The notes below the pieces were generated by a model, which was given only the letters and a program-made list of their open reading frames with translations, was not told the DNA's origin and searched no databases. A stretch of DNA of 63,396 nt, the filler included, from a bacterium (GTDB lineage Bacteria > JALSQH01), in NCBI GenBank assembly GCA_026985515.1. It is 3 parts of 3 records of this genome, joined end to end, with 100 filler letters (N's around TTAATTAATTAA, not from the genome) between each part and the next. Parts side by side here need not be neighbours in the genome. Positions count along the whole stretch, not along the records: positions 1 to 21,174 come from JALSQH010000007.1; 2 more parts are not named here. One strand, 5' to 3'. Of the stretch, positions 1-11,207 are shown in pieces. Made by a program: the position numbers and the translations under genes. Numbering within the stretch: the stretch's first letter is position 1; each line of letters starts with the position of its first letter.

Positions 1-270
1 ATTTATCTTCGCAAGAACTGGGCGATAACGGATTTGACGGAGTATGAGTATTTGATAGAGATAAAGCATGTGAGGAGTGGTAAGAGGGGGATAGGTAAGG
101 AGAGGGTGAGGAGGTTGAGGGTGGAGGCGGAGGAGCAGATAAGGAGGTATGCGGAGAAGCTTGAGAGGAAGTTGCCCTCTTATGTGAAGGATAAGGGTTT
201 GCCAGAACTTAAAAAGATAGTGATAATCACCTCCTCAAAGCGTCTTGAGTGGATGGGGGAGGTGGAGTAG
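1..270 (+). CDS. 5'-truncated ORF, probable C-terminal PD-(D/E)XK nuclease domain of an AAA-ATPase-like/PDDEXK_9-type protein
   Basis: Frame is open from base 1 (IYLRKNWAITDLTEYEYLIEIKH...EAEEQIRRY); ExK motif followed by A-x-x-QI-x-x-Y helix. Confidence 0.55.
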   Translation: MYLRKNWAITDLTEYEYLIEIKHVRSGKRGIGKERVRRLRVEAEEQIRRYAEKLERKLPSYVKDKGLPELKKIVIITSSKRLEWMGEVE

Positions 271-279
271 CGTTTGTAG

Positions 280-308
280 TTGAATTCACTCTCGAAAAAT
301 GGTATAAA
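280..308 (+). promoter_or_regulatory. sigma70-type promoter for tRNA-Val/thrS
   Basis: TTGAAT-17 nt-TATAAA with TG extended -10, 11 nt upstream of the tRNA. Confidence 0.55.
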
Positions 309-319
309 TATACCCGGTT

Positions 320-395
320 AGGCACGTAGCTCAGCTGGTAGAGCACTACCTTGACGCGGTAGGGGTCGGCGGTTCGAGTCCGCCCGTGCCTACCA
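320..395 (+). tRNA. tRNA-Val (GAC)
   Basis: Acceptor AGGCACG/CGTGCCT, anticodon arm CTACC-TTGACGC-GGTAG, GTTCGA T-loop, encoded CCA. Confidence 0.97.
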
Positions 396-422
396 TTTTT
401 TTATTTTATAAGGAGTTAAATT

Positions 423-2330
423 ATGCCCTTCATCGTATTTAAAGGGGAAAAGATCGAGATTCCTGAAGGTGTCAAAGTTTCAGACTGGTTAAAAGAAAAC
501 AGGCCAGAAGTCTATAAAAAGGCCGTGGTTCTGAGAAAAGGGGATAAATTGTTAGATCTCGCCTCTACACTTTCCAGTGAGGAGGAAGCAGAGATTCTTA
601 CAGATGAAGACCCTGAATCCCTTGAAGTTCTCCGTCATTCTACTGCTCATCTTATGGCTCAGGCAGTGAAACATCTCTTCCCGGATGCAAAGGTGACCAT
701 TGGACCTGCAATAGAAAACGGATTTTACTACGATTTTGATGTTCCGGAGCCCTTTACCCCTGAGGATCTCAAGAAGATTGAAAAAGAAATGAAAAAACTG
801 GCCTCACAGAAAATCCCCATTGTCAGGGAGGAGATACCCCGTGAAGAAGCCATAAAAATGTTCAGGGAGATGAGGGAAGATTACAAAGTTGAAATTATTG
901 AAGAGATAGATGACGAAAAGGTTTCAATATATAGACAGGGAGATTTTGTTGATCTGTGCAGGGGACCCCATCTTGATCATACCGGTAGAATAAAACACTT
1001 TAAACTCCTCTCAGTTGCCGGGGCATACTGGAGAGGAGATGAAAGAAACAAGATGCTTTCAAGAATATATGGCACTGCGTTCTTTAAAAAGGAGGATCTT
1101 GACAATTATTTGAAATTTCTTGAGGAAGCCAGAAAGAGAGACCACAGAAAACTTGGTAAGGAACTTGATCTCTTCTCCTTCAACGAACATATTGGACCGG
1201 GTCTCGTTCTCTGGCATCCAAGGGGAGCACGGATCAGGAGAATAATGGAAGATTTCTGGGTGGCGGAACATTATAAAAATGGATATGAACTTCTCTATAC
1301 TCCCCACATAGCGAGGGAGGACTTGTGGAGAATAAGTGGTCATTTGGATTTTTACGCAGAGCACATGTTTAAGGGGATGGAAGTTGAGGGGCAAAGGTAT
1401 CTTGTTAAGCCTATGAATTGTCCTTTTCACATTCAGATATACAAAACAAAAAAGAGAAGTTACAGAGATCTTCCCTTCAGGTGGGCAGAACTTGGAACAG
1501 TTTACAGATATGAAAAATCGGGAGTACTTCACGGGTTGCTGAGGGTCAGAGGTTTTACCCAGGATGATGCTCATATCTTCTGTACCCCGGAGCAGCTGGA
1601 GGATGAGATAATTGAAGTGATACGGTTCAGTCTCAAGATATTGAGGACTTTTGGTTTTGAAGATTTTCATGTTTTCCTCAGTACAAGACCAGAAAAATAT
1701 GTGGGTACTCTTGAAAACTGGGAAAGAGCCACAGAAGCTCTCAAAATCGGGCTCGAAAAGGCTGGATTAAAGTATGACATAGATCCAGGTGAAGGGGTTT
1801 TCTATGGTCCGAAAATAGATATCAAAATCAAGGACTCTCTGGGGAGGGAATGGCAGTGTTCCACCATTCAGGTTGATTTTAATCTTCCTGAGAGGTTTGA
1901 CATGACATACATCGGGCCGGATGGGAAGGAACACAGACCAATAATGATTCACAGAGCTCTGATGGGTTCCTTTGAGAGATTTTTTGGAACCCTTATTGAA
2001 CACTATGCTGGTGCCTTTCCCATGTGGCTTGCACCTGAACAGGTGGTTGTTCTTCCACTGAGTGAAAAGTTTGAAAAATACGCCGAAAAAATATACTCAA
2101 TCCTCCGGGAAGAGGGAATCAGGGTTGTTCTTGATAACAGAAGTGAAAGTCTCGGATACAGAATAAGGGATAATCAGAAAAAGAAAGTGCCTGTTATGGT
2201 GATTGTGGGAGAGAAGGAGGAATCCACAGGCACAATTTCGCTCAGATGGAGAGATGGAAAGCAGGAGCATGAAGTTAAAGTTGAGGAATTTATTGCAAGA
2301 ATCAGGGAAATTATAGATAATAAAACCTGA
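423..2330 (+). CDS. thrS: threonyl-tRNA synthetase
   Basis: HSTAHLMAQA, DLCRGPH, KPMNCPFH, RVRGFTQDDAHIF motifs. Confidence 0.99.
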   Translation: MPFIVFKGEKIEIPEGVKVSDWLKENRPEVYKKAVVLRKGDKLLDLASTLSSEEEAEILTDEDPESLEVLRHSTAHLMAQAVKHLFPDAKVTIGPAIENGFYYDFDVPEPFTPEDLKKIEKEMKKLASQKIPIVREEIPREEAIKMFREMREDYKVEIIEEIDDEKVSIYRQGDFVDLCRGPHLDHTGRIKHFKLLSVAGAYWRGDERNKMLSRIYGTAFFKKEDLDNYLKFLEEARKRDHRKLGKELDLFSFNEHIGPGLVLWHPRGARIRRIMEDFWVAEHYKNGYELLYTPHIAREDLWRISGHLDFYAEHMFKGMEVEGQRYLVKPMNCPFHIQIYKTKKRSYRDLPFRWAELGTVYRYEKSGVLHGLLRVRGFTQDDAHIFCTPEQLEDEIIEVIRFSLKILRTFGFEDFHVFLSTRPEKYVGTLENWERATEALKIGLEKAGLKYDIDPGEGVFYGPKIDIKIKDSLGREWQCSTIQVDFNLPERFDMTYIGPDGKEHRPIMIHRALMGSFERFFGTLIEHYAGAFPMWLAPEQVVVLPLSEKFEKYAEKIYSILREEGIRVVLDNRSESLGYRIRDNQKKKVPVMVIVGEKEESTGTISLRWRDGKQEHEVKVEEFIARIREIIDNKT

Positions 2331-2355
2331 CCTAAACACCACAGGAGGTGAAATT

Positions 2356-2931
2356 ATAAGAAGACCGGGACCACCAAAGAAGAAAGGCCCACCGGTTAAT
2401 CGGGAAATAAGGGCAAAAGAGGTAAGATTGATTGACGAAAATGGCAAACAGATTGGAATAGTTCCTTTTTTTGAAGCCCTCAGGATGGCTGAGGATAGGG
2501 GACTTGATCTTGTGGCTGTTAATCCAAATGCGAATCCTCCTGTGTGCAAGATAATGGATTATGGGAAGTACAAATATGAAATGCAGAAAAAGGCGAAGGA
2601 GGCAAAGAAAAAGCAGACAATCATAAAGGTCAAAGAAATCAAATTTCGACCCACCACAGAGAAGAATGATTTGATGATAAAGGTCAAACATATGTTGAGA
2701 TTTTTTGAAGATGGAAATAAGGTTAAGGTTACTGTCAGATTCAGAGGAAGAGAACTTGCCCATCCAGAAAGGGGAGTTGAAGTAATTGAAGAAATATATG
2801 AAAATGTTAAGGATGTTGCTTTGATGGAAAACACCCCCAAACTTGAGGGGAGGCAGATGGTTGTCGTTTTTTCTCCACGGCCTGAGTATCTTAAAAAGTT
2901 AAAGGCAGAAAAAGAGAAGAAAGAGGAATAG
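2356..2931 (+). CDS. infC: translation initiation factor IF-3 (non-AUG start, ATA at 2356 or ATT at 2353)
   Basis: In-frame VNREIRAKEVRLID upstream of the ORF-track start, PPVCKIMDYGKYKY; SD GGAGG at 2344-2348. Confidence 0.95.
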   Translation: MRRPGPPKKKGPPVNREIRAKEVRLIDENGKQIGIVPFFEALRMAEDRGLDLVAVNPNANPPVCKIMDYGKYKYEMQKKAKEAKKKQTIIKVKEIKFRPTTEKNDLMIKVKHMLRFFEDGNKVKVTVRFRGRELAHPERGVEVIEEIYENVKDVALMENTPKLEGRQMVVVFSPRPEYLKKLKAEKEKKEE

Positions 2932-2946
2932 ATTAAGGAGGAGAAA

Positions 2947-3144
2947 ATGCCAAAGATGAAAAGCAACAGTGGAGCTAAAAAGAGATTCAAAGTAACAGGA
3001 AAGGGAAAAATAAAAAGAAAGCACGCATACAAGAGCCACCTCCTTGCCCACAAGTCAAGAAAACGGAAGAGAAATTTGAGAAAATTTGGTTTGATTTCAA
3101 AAGTTGACGAGAAACAGATTAGAAGATTGATTCCATACCTTTAA
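2947..3144 (+). CDS. rpmI: 50S ribosomal protein L35
   Basis: [18 protein letters not shown]; position after infC. Confidence 0.98.
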   Translation: MPKMKSNSGAKKRFKVTGKGKIKRKHAYKSHLLAHKSRKRKRNLRKFGLISKVDEKQIRRLIPYL

Positions 3145-3158
3145 AGGAGAGGTGAAAA

Positions 3159-4534
<1,376 letters not shown>

Positions 4535-4543
4535 AGGTGGATA

Positions 4544-6940
4544 ATGCTCATAAGTTTTTCCTGGCTTAAAAAATTCATACCTCTTGATGCTGATCCTCAT
4601 GATGTGGCATACAGGCTAACTATGGCTGGACTTGAGGTTGATGTTGTTGAGGAAAAATGGGGTGAAGGCTGGGAAGATGTTGTGGTGGTGAAGGTGGAAG
4701 ATGTGGCTCCCTTTCCCGGAAGAGAGGGAAAACTTGTTGTGGGTAAAATTTTTGACGGGAACAATTATTTCAGCATTGTTTCTGCTGATGTTACCATAAA
4801 AAAGGGAGAGAAACTTCTCGGAGTGGTTAAAGGTAAAAAGTTTGATGGAATAGAAATTAAATCCCGCAGGTTTGGCGAATACCTCTCTGAGGCAATGCTG
4901 ATTGCTGCTGAAGATCTGGGGTGGGAGGAAAAGAGTACCCGGCTTCTCAGATTTTCAGATGATTTACCACCCGGCACAGGTTTGAAGGAAATAATAGAAA
5001 TTCCTGATACCATTATTGAAGTTGAGATAACCCCCAACAGGGGTGATTGTCTCAGTCATCTTGGTGTGGCCAGAGAGTTGAAGGCGATTTTTGGACTGGA
5101 GGAGGTGGTCCTGCCTGAAGTTAAAATAGATGAGGAAGATCCGCCTTCCTCTGAATTTTTCAAGGTGATAATTGACTCGCCTGAGAAAGGACCATATTAC
5201 ACTGGCAGATACATCGACAATGTGAAAGTGGTTCCTTCTCCCCTCTTTGTTCAGGCTCAACTGGCAAAAGTTGGAGTGAGGTCTATAAGCAATATCGTTG
5301 ACATTACAAATTTTGTTTTGATGGAACTGGGCCAGCCCCTTCATGCCTTCGATGCAACTCGCATCGGAGGGAAAATAATCAGGGTGAGATCTGCCAGAGA
5401 GGGAGAGAAGATCCTTCTTCTTGATGGCACTGAAAGGGAACTTTCTGGTAGAGATCTTGTGATTGCTGATGAAAAGAATCCCGTTGCTCTGGCGGGAATC
5501 ATGGGAGGTGAGGAAAGCGGAGTTAATGAGAGTACCGGATCAGTCATCCTCGAAAGTGCCTACTTCAATCCAGTGGTGATAAGACATACTGCAAGAAGGC
5601 TTGGAATTCAGACAGACGCCTCCTACAGATTTGAGAGGGGAGTTGATCCTCTCATGATAGATTTCGCTTCAGATAGGGCCTCCTATCTGATACAGAAGTA
5701 TGCGGGAGGGAGAGTGCACAGGGGCATTGTAAAAGCTGGGGAGCTCCCTTATCGTGATAAAATTGTTGAATTGAAGTGGTCGGAACAGGAAAAATTACTG
5801 GGATTGAAAATAGAGAGGGAGAAAAGTACGAAGATCCTGGTGGATCTCGGCTGTCGGGTGGCGGAGAAGTGTGAAGATGGGATAAAGATTATCCCCCCCT
5901 CCTGGAGATATGATCTGGATAGAAGTGTGGATTTAGTTGAAGAGGTGGCAAGGATATATGGTTATGACCAGATTCCTGTAACATATCCTGCCATAAGGGT
6001 GAAGGAATTTTCTCCCGTTTCAGATACTGTTAAATTTTTGAGACTCAGGGAGTATTTCACTCAGTGGGGGTTCAATGAGGTAATTAACTACAGTTTTATA
6101 CCGGAGGATGCTCTAAAGCTTCTTGGGTTAAGTGAGGAGGACAGTCGGCTGAAAGTTGTGAGAATAGTCAACCCCCTCACATCACAGAATGTAATGAGAA
6201 CCACACTGTTACCTGGCATGCTTGAAAATCTACGCACCAATTTGAGTATGCAGTTTTACAATCTGAAGCTGTTTGAAATTGGGAAGGTTTATTTTAAAGA
6301 GGAAAACTATGTTGAGGAGTATCATCTTTCCCTTGCAATGACGGGAAAGAGATTTCTCCCTCACTGGGGGTGGGGAAACGAGGATGTGGACTTTTATGAT
6401 TTGAAGGGAGTTGTTGAAGCTTTTCTTGAAAGAGTTTTCAACGGCTCCTATCAGTGGAGGGAGGAAGCGGAAAGCTTCTATCACCCATATCAGCAGGCTT
6501 CTCTGTGGATTAAAGGTGAGAAGGTTGGTAATATTGGCCAGATTCACCCGGAGATTCTTCAGAAGTTAAAGATTAAACAAAAGGTTTATTATGGAGAAAT
6601 CAATCTCACAAAACTTTTTTCTCTGCCCCAGCAGAAGGTCAAATACAGGGAGATTTCAAAATTTCCTGCTGCTGAAAGGGATCTTGCAGTGGTGGTTCCT
6701 GAAGATCTACCTGTAGAAAAAATTTTGAGAATAGCAAAAGAGAGGGCTGGTGATCTTGCCTGGGATATAAGGATCTTTGACCTGTACAGGGGTGAGAAGA
6801 TTCCACCGGGAAAGAAAAGTGTGGGAATAAGATTCTACTTTCAGAGCAGAGAAAAGACATTGACAGAAGAGGAAATTTCAGAAATAATAGATTCTGTTCT
6901 TGCTGGGCTTGCTGAGGTAGGTGGAGAATTAAGGGAGTGA
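4544..6940 (+). CDS. pheT: phenylalanyl-tRNA synthetase beta subunit
   Basis: ITPNRGDCLS, ELGQPLHAFD, RFERGVD, DLVEEVARIYGY. Confidence 0.98.
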   Translation: MLISFSWLKKFIPLDADPHDVAYRLTMAGLEVDVVEEKWGEGWEDVVVVKVEDVAPFPGREGKLVVGKIFDGNNYFSIVSADVTIKKGEKLLGVVKGKKFDGIEIKSRRFGEYLSEAMLIAAEDLGWEEKSTRLLRFSDDLPPGTGLKEIIEIPDTIIEVEITPNRGDCLSHLGVARELKAIFGLEEVVLPEVKIDEEDPPSSEFFKVIIDSPEKGPYYTGRYIDNVKVVPSPLFVQAQLAKVGVRSISNIVDITNFVLMELGQPLHAFDATRIGGKIIRVRSAREGEKILLLDGTERELSGRDLVIADEKNPVALAGIMGGEESGVNESTGSVILESAYFNPVVIRHTARRLGIQTDASYRFERGVDPLMIDFASDRASYLIQKYAGGRVHRGIVKAGELPYRDKIVELKWSEQEKLLGLKIEREKSTKILVDLGCRVAEKCEDGIKIIPPSWRYDLDRSVDLVEEVARIYGYDQIPVTYPAIRVKEFSPVSDTVKFLRLREYFTQWGFNEVINYSFIPEDALKLLGLSEEDSRLKVVRIVNPLTSQNVMRTTLLPGMLENLRTNLSMQFYNLKLFEIGKVYFKEENYVEEYHLSLAMTGKRFLPHWGWGNEDVDFYDLKGVVEAFLERVFNGSYQWREEAESFYHPYQQASLWIKGEKVGNIGQIHPEILQKLKIKQKVYYGEINLTKLFSLPQQKVKYREISKFPAAERDLAVVVPEDLPVEKILRIAKERAGDLAWDIRIFDLYRGEKIPPGKKSVGIRFYFQSREKTLTEEEISEIIDSVLAGLAEVGGELRE

Positions 6941-6987
6941 TTTCTTGAAGTTACCTCTGTAATGGATAAAATATAAAAGGAAGGAGG

Positions 6988-7278
6988 TTGAAAGTGACAG
7001 TTACAAAAGCGAAGATTGCTGAAAAGATCAACAGAGAAGTGGGTCTCCCTCTGAAGGAATCAGCAGAGGTAGTGGATACTATTCTTGAACTTATAAAATC
7101 CACCCTTGAGAAGGGAGAAAATGTAAAGATAAGCGGGTTTGGAAATTTTATTTTGAGGGACAAGGGCAAGAGGATAGGGAGGAATCCAAAGACAAAAGTG
7201 GAAATTGAAATTCCACCTCGAAGAGTGGTGGTTTTTCATCCGAGTCAGGTGTGGAGGAGGGAAATAAATAGAGGATGA
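6988..7278 (+). CDS. ihfA: integration host factor alpha subunit
   Basis: VKISGFGNF, GRNPKT, RRVVVFHPS; follows pheT. Confidence 0.9.
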   Translation: MKVTVTKAKIAEKINREVGLPLKESAEVVDTILELIKSTLEKGENVKISGFGNFILRDKGKRIGRNPKTKVEIEIPPRRVVVFHPSQVWRREINRG

Positions 7279-7583
7279 ATGAAAAAATTCTCTATCGGAT
7301 AGGAGAAGTGAGTAATAAACTTGGTGTTGAAACTCATGTTCTCAGGTACTGGGAAAAAGAGATTCCTTTTTTGAAGCCCTCTATGAGGGGAAAAGGTGGG
7401 CAGAGATTGTATACAGAGGAGGATGTGGAAAAGTTTGCCCTTGTCAAGAAAATGCTCTATGAAGATGGTATGAGAATAGAGGGAGTCAAAAGATATTTCA
7501 GGCGTGAGGAGAAAAACTTCCACGATATTTCCAGAATAAAGAACATTCTTATTGAAGCAAAACAACTGCTGGAAAAAATTTAG
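7275..7583 (+). CDS. MerR-family transcriptional regulator
   Basis: YRIGEVS...HVLRYWEKE...GQRLY; conserved position after ihfA. Confidence 0.92.
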   Translation: MNEKILYRIGEVSNKLGVETHVLRYWEKEIPFLKPSMRGKGGQRLYTEEDVEKFALVKKMLYEDGMRIEGVKRYFRREEKNFHDISRIKNILIEAKQLLEKI

Positions 7584-7585
7584 AT

Positions 7586-7662
7586 CGGGGCGTAGCGCAG
7601 CCTGGTAGCGCACACGCTTGGGGTGCGTGTGGTCGGCCGTTCAAATCGGCTCGCCCCGACCA
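7586..7662 (+). tRNA. tRNA-Pro (GGG)
   Basis: CGGGGCG/CGCCCCG acceptor, CACGC-TTGGGGT-GCGTG anticodon arm, CCA. Confidence 0.97.
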
Positions 7663-7682
7663 TTTTTTATTTAGAGGTGAGT

Positions 7683-8462
7683 TTGGTAATCCTTATTTCC
7701 AACGATGATGGAATATATGCTCGTGGCCTTCAGGTTCTCTATGAGGAGTTAAAGTCTCTTGGTAAAATTTATGTCGTGGCTCCTGACAGGGAGCGTTCTG
7801 CTGTAAGTCATGCCCTCTCACTTCATCGGCCACTCAGGATCAAGGAGGTAAAAAAGAATTTTTTTGCTGTGGATGGAACTCCCACAGATTGTGTGAATAT
7901 TGCCATTAACGGGTTGCTTCCAGAAAAACCTGATATGGTTGTTTCAGGAATAAATTTTGGTCCCAATCTGGGTGATGATATAACCTATTCAGGAACAGTC
8001 TCGGCGGCCATTGAGGGATGTCTTCTCGGAGTTCCATCAATTGCCTTTTCCCTTGCTACCCTTGATCCTCCTGCCTATTTCAGACCTGCTGGGAGAGTTG
8101 CCAGAAGGATAGTGGAAAAGTTTCTTGAGACCGGCATACCTCAGGGAACAATAATAAATGTCAATTTTCCAAATAAGAGAAGGTGCAGGTACTATAAAGG
8201 GTTGAAGTTTACGAGGCAGGGAAAGAGGAAGTATGGGGAGGCAATAGTGGAGAAGATTGATCCAAGGGGTAAGAAATATTACTGGATCGGGGGGAAAGAT
8301 CTGGGTTATGAAAATATACCAGATTCAGATATTGTGGCTGTGGAGGAGGGATATGTTTCAATCACACCAATTCACCTCGATCTTACCAATTACAGGTTAC
8401 TCCAGGAATTAAAAAAATGGGAAGATCTCTGGAATCAACAACTTTTAAACAACCCGGGATAA
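7683..8462 (+). CDS. surE: 5'/3'-nucleotidase SurE (start about TTG 7683; the ORF-track start lies inside the tRNA)
   Basis: ILISNDDG, GTPTDCV, VSGINFGPNLG, YSGTVSAA. Confidence 0.96.
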   Translation: MVILISNDDGIYARGLQVLYEELKSLGKIYVVAPDRERSAVSHALSLHRPLRIKEVKKNFFAVDGTPTDCVNIAINGLLPEKPDMVVSGINFGPNLGDDITYSGTVSAAIEGCLLGVPSIAFSLATLDPPAYFRPAGRVARRIVEKFLETGIPQGTIINVNFPNKRRCRYYKGLKFTRQGKRKYGEAIVEKIDPRGKKYYWIGGKDLGYENIPDSDIVAVEEGYVSITPIHLDLTNYRLLQELKKWEDLWNQQLLNNPG

Positions 8463-9040
8463 TAAGGAGACTTTACGACTGGGTTCTGGGGTGGGCTGAT
8501 ACTCCCTATGGTCCTGCTGCACTTCTTTTCCTTGCTTTTGCCGAAGCATCTTTCTTCCCGGTTCCACCAGATATACTGCTAATGGCTCTTGCCCTTGGAG
8601 AACCTCTTAAATCCTTCTGGTACGCCTTTCTCTCAACTGTGGGTTCAGTAACTGGAGGATTGCTTGGGTACTACATCGGTTACAGTTTTATGAACACAAT
8701 TGGTGTGAGAATTCTCACATTTTACGGTGCCATGGAAAAATTTGAATATCTCCGTCACCTCTACAACGAATATAATGTCTGGTTCCTTGCTGTTGCAGGA
8801 TTTACCCCCATCCCATACAAGGTGTTCACCATTGCGTCTGGAGCTTTTCATTCTCCAATTCTCCTCTTTATTGTGGTTTCAGCTGCAAGCAGAGCTGCGA
8901 GGTTCTATCTTGTCGCTCTGTTTTTTTACTTTTTCGGAGAGAGGGCAAGGGATTTTATTGACAGGTACTTCAATCTTCTCACAATTCTTTTTGTGGTACT
9001 GCTTATTGGCGGTTTTCTTGTGGTAAAATATTTAATATGA
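8417..9040 (+). CDS. YqaA/DedA-family membrane protein
   Basis: FAEASFFPVPPD, AGFTPIPYKVFTI; several TM helices. Confidence 0.9.
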   Translation: MGRSLESTTFKQPGIIRRLYDWVLGWADTPYGPAALLFLAFAEASFFPVPPDILLMALALGEPLKSFWYAFLSTVGSVTGGLLGYYIGYSFMNTIGVRILTFYGAMEKFEYLRHLYNEYNVWFLAVAGFTPIPYKVFTIASGAFHSPILLFIVVSAASRAARFYLVALFFYFFGERARDFIDRYFNLLTILFVVLLIGGFLVVKYLI

Positions 9041-9915
9041 AAAGGATCCTTGTGAAGACACTGATAGTGCTTGCCTTTTTCTTTTCAGGGTGTTTCACAC
9101 CTCATGGCATTTACCACATTGTAAAGCCCGGGCAGACTCTCTACACAATTGCGAAAACTTATAATGTGAGTCTGTATGAGCTGATGAAGGTAAATAAAAT
9201 CAGGGATCCCACAAAAATAAAACCTGGCGACAGAATTTTTATTCCCGGTGCCACAAGGCAGAGATATGTTCCAAGTACTGTAGGAGATATTATAAGAAAT
9301 TCAGGAAAAGGAGAAAGTGCAAGCAAAAAAAAGTCTTCTCCTGTCCAAAGGAAGAAAAAGGTTGAAACTGCTGGAGAAATTGATTTCACTGTCCCGGAGG
9401 TAAGGTTGCCAGATTTACCTGGAGAGAGGCAAAATAAAAACAGGAGGAAAGAAACATCAAAAGAGATTCAACGAGAGAGGAGCAAGGGTGCACCTTATCC
9501 AGTTAAGAAGAAAAGAAAAAAAGTTCTGGCTTTGAAAATTCCCGAGTTTATATGGCCTGTTGAGGGGGTTGTGACTTCTCCATTTGGCTGGAGAGGCCAT
9601 GAACATCACGATGGAATAGATATTGGAGCACCCCTGGGAACACCTATCAGAGCTGCGGCGGATGGAGTGGTTATCTACAGTGGAAACGGTTTAACGGGAT
9701 ATGGTAACATGATTGTTATTAAGCATACCCCCCGAGTTTTTACCGTTTATGCTCACAATAAGCGAAATCTTGTGAGAAAGGGTCAGAGGGTTAAACAGGG
9801 CCAGATAATAGGTTATGTGGGGAAAAGCGGAAGAGCCACAGGGCCACACCTTCACTTTGAAATCAGGATAGGGACAAGGCCTGTGGATCCCCTCAGGTAT
9901 CTTCCCCGCCGGTAG
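9037..9915 (+). CDS. LysM + M23 peptidase lipoprotein (NlpD-like)
   Basis: Lipobox FSGC, LysM HIVKPGQTLYTIAK, M23 HDGID and TGPHLHFE. Confidence 0.92.
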   Translation: MKRILVKTLIVLAFFFSGCFTPHGIYHIVKPGQTLYTIAKTYNVSLYELMKVNKIRDPTKIKPGDRIFIPGATRQRYVPSTVGDIIRNSGKGESASKKKSSPVQRKKKVETAGEIDFTVPEVRLPDLPGERQNKNRRKETSKEIQRERSKGAPYPVKKKRKKVLALKIPEFIWPVEGVVTSPFGWRGHEHHDGIDIGAPLGTPIRAAADGVVIYSGNGLTGYGNMIVIKHTPRVFTVYAHNKRNLVRKGQRVKQGQIIGYVGKSGRATGPHLHFEIRIGTRPVDPLRYLPRR

Positions 9916-10342
9916 TCATATTTTTTCTGCAATCGGAACAAACACCGTAGAAGTAAACATGGGCGTCATTTACAATATGGCCCTCTATGTCTTTCAATCC
10001 TTCAAGCTCTCTGCAAATTGGAGGGGAGACATCATAAATTTTACCGCAGACTGTGCATTTGAGATGAAAGTGGGGATAAATGTTTGAATCGTAGTAAACC
10101 TTACTTTCATCTATCATCAGTTGCTTTACAATTCCAATTTTAGCAAAGAGTTTCAGTGTGTTGTAAACTGTGGCTATGGATATACTTGGATACTCTTTTT
10201 TCAGAGTTTCGTAAATGCTCTCCGCTGTGTGGTGAGTTTTGTGTTCAAGCACATATTTGAGGATAGTCATTCGGGGCATTGAAATTATGTTCCCCGTGTC
10301 TTTTAATTTTTTCAGTGCCTCTTCATAAGTCATTGTTACCAC
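9893..10342 (-). CDS. Fur-family regulator, probably PerR
   Basis: HHTAESIY, SIATVYNTL, HFHLKCTVCG, GVCSDC; divergent from a peroxiredoxin. Confidence 0.88.
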   Translation of the reverse strand: MVTMTYEEALKKLKDTGNIISMPRMTILKYVLEHKTHHTAESIYETLKKEYPSISIATVYNTLKLFAKIGIVKQLMIDESKVYYDSNIYPHFHLKCTVCGKIYDVSPPICRELEGLKDIEGHIVNDAHVYFYGVCSDCRKNMTTGGEDT

Positions 10343-10392
10343 CCCTTTCTTTAAAATTTAACACACTTTAATTATACCATTTCAAAAAAAAC

Positions 10393-10421
10393 TTGACAAG
10401 TTAAAAATTTTATTTTATAAT
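10393..10421 (+). promoter_or_regulatory. perfect-consensus sigma70 promoter of the peroxiredoxin, overlapped by a Per/Fur-like box
   Basis: TTGACA(10393-98)-17 nt-TATAAT(10416-21); TTATAATGACTTCAA at 10415-10429. Confidence 0.8.
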
Positions 10422-10458
10422 GACTTCAAAACTAAAACTAATAAAAGGAGGTTTAAAA

Positions 10459-11103
10459 ATGGAACAGAGATTCCCATTAATTGGTGAAAGGTTTCCAGAA
10501 CTTGAGGTCAAAACAACTCACGGTGTGAAAAAATTACCTGATGATTACAGAGGGAAGTGGTTTATCCTTTTCAGTCACCCTGCTGATTTCACCCCGGTTT
10601 GTACCACTGAATTTGTTGCATTTCAGAGAAGGTATGAAAAATTCAGAGAGATGAACACAGAGTTGATTGGGCTCAGCATTGATCAGGTTTTTTCTCATAT
10701 CAAGTGGGTGGAGTGGATCAGGGAAAAATTAAATGTAGAAATCCAGTTTCCCATTATTGCTGATGATACTGGTGCTGTTGCAAACAGACTTGGATTGATT
10801 CATCCTGGGAAGGGTACCAATACTGTGAGGGCAGTTTTTATCGTTGATCCAGAGGGAATAATCAGGGCTATTCTTTACTATCCTCAGGAGATAGGAAGAA
10901 ATATGGATGAGATTTTGAGAATGATTGATGCCTTTCAGGTAAGTGATAAGAATGGAGTCGCCATACCTGCCAACTGGCCGGAAAATGAATTGATAGGAAA
11001 TGAAGTGATTATACCGCCTGCTGCTGATGTGAAGACTGCAGAGGAAAGACCGAAGCAGTATGAGTGTTTTGACTGGTGGTTCTGTCACAAATCTCTTGAA
11101 TGA
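10459..11103 (+). CDS. peroxiredoxin (Prx6/archaeal-type)
   Basis: [23 protein letters not shown]-terminal CFDWWFC; SD AGGAGG before ATG 10459. Confidence 0.95.
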   Translation: MEQRFPLIGERFPELEVKTTHGVKKLPDDYRGKWFILFSHPADFTPVCTTEFVAFQRRYEKFREMNTELIGLSIDQVFSHIKWVEWIREKLNVEIQFPIIADDTGAVANRLGLIHPGKGTNTVRAVFIVDPEGIIRAILYYPQEIGRNMDEILRMIDAFQVSDKNGVAIPANWPENELIGNEVIIPPAADVKTAEERPKQYECFDWWFCHKSLE

Positions 11104-11123
11104 CCTCTACCTGCCCGCCCTTT

Positions 11124-11147
11124 GAGAGGGGGATAATTCCCCCTCTT
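11124..11147. terminator. hairpin between convergent genes, probable terminator
   Basis: AGAGGGGGA-TAAT-TCCCCCTCT. Confidence 0.6.
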
Positions 11148-11207
11148 TCATTCCAGATGTTCTTCGGAGATGTCAAGTTTATAGCGTTTTGTTTCTTCTT
11201 CTATCAT
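11148..11207 (-). pseudogene. 19-aa micro-ORF, possible remnant of a HEPN toxin gene
   Basis: ATGA overlap with the MNT stop; MIEEETKRYKLDISEEHLE* occupies the HEPN slot. Confidence 0.35.

Noticed and set aside
7623-7682. N-terminal extensions in the ORF track for surE (also the phosphoesterase, trpG, peroxiredoxin and HAD genes)
   Set aside because: They overlap tRNAs, promoters or upstream genes; downstream starts match the family N-termini
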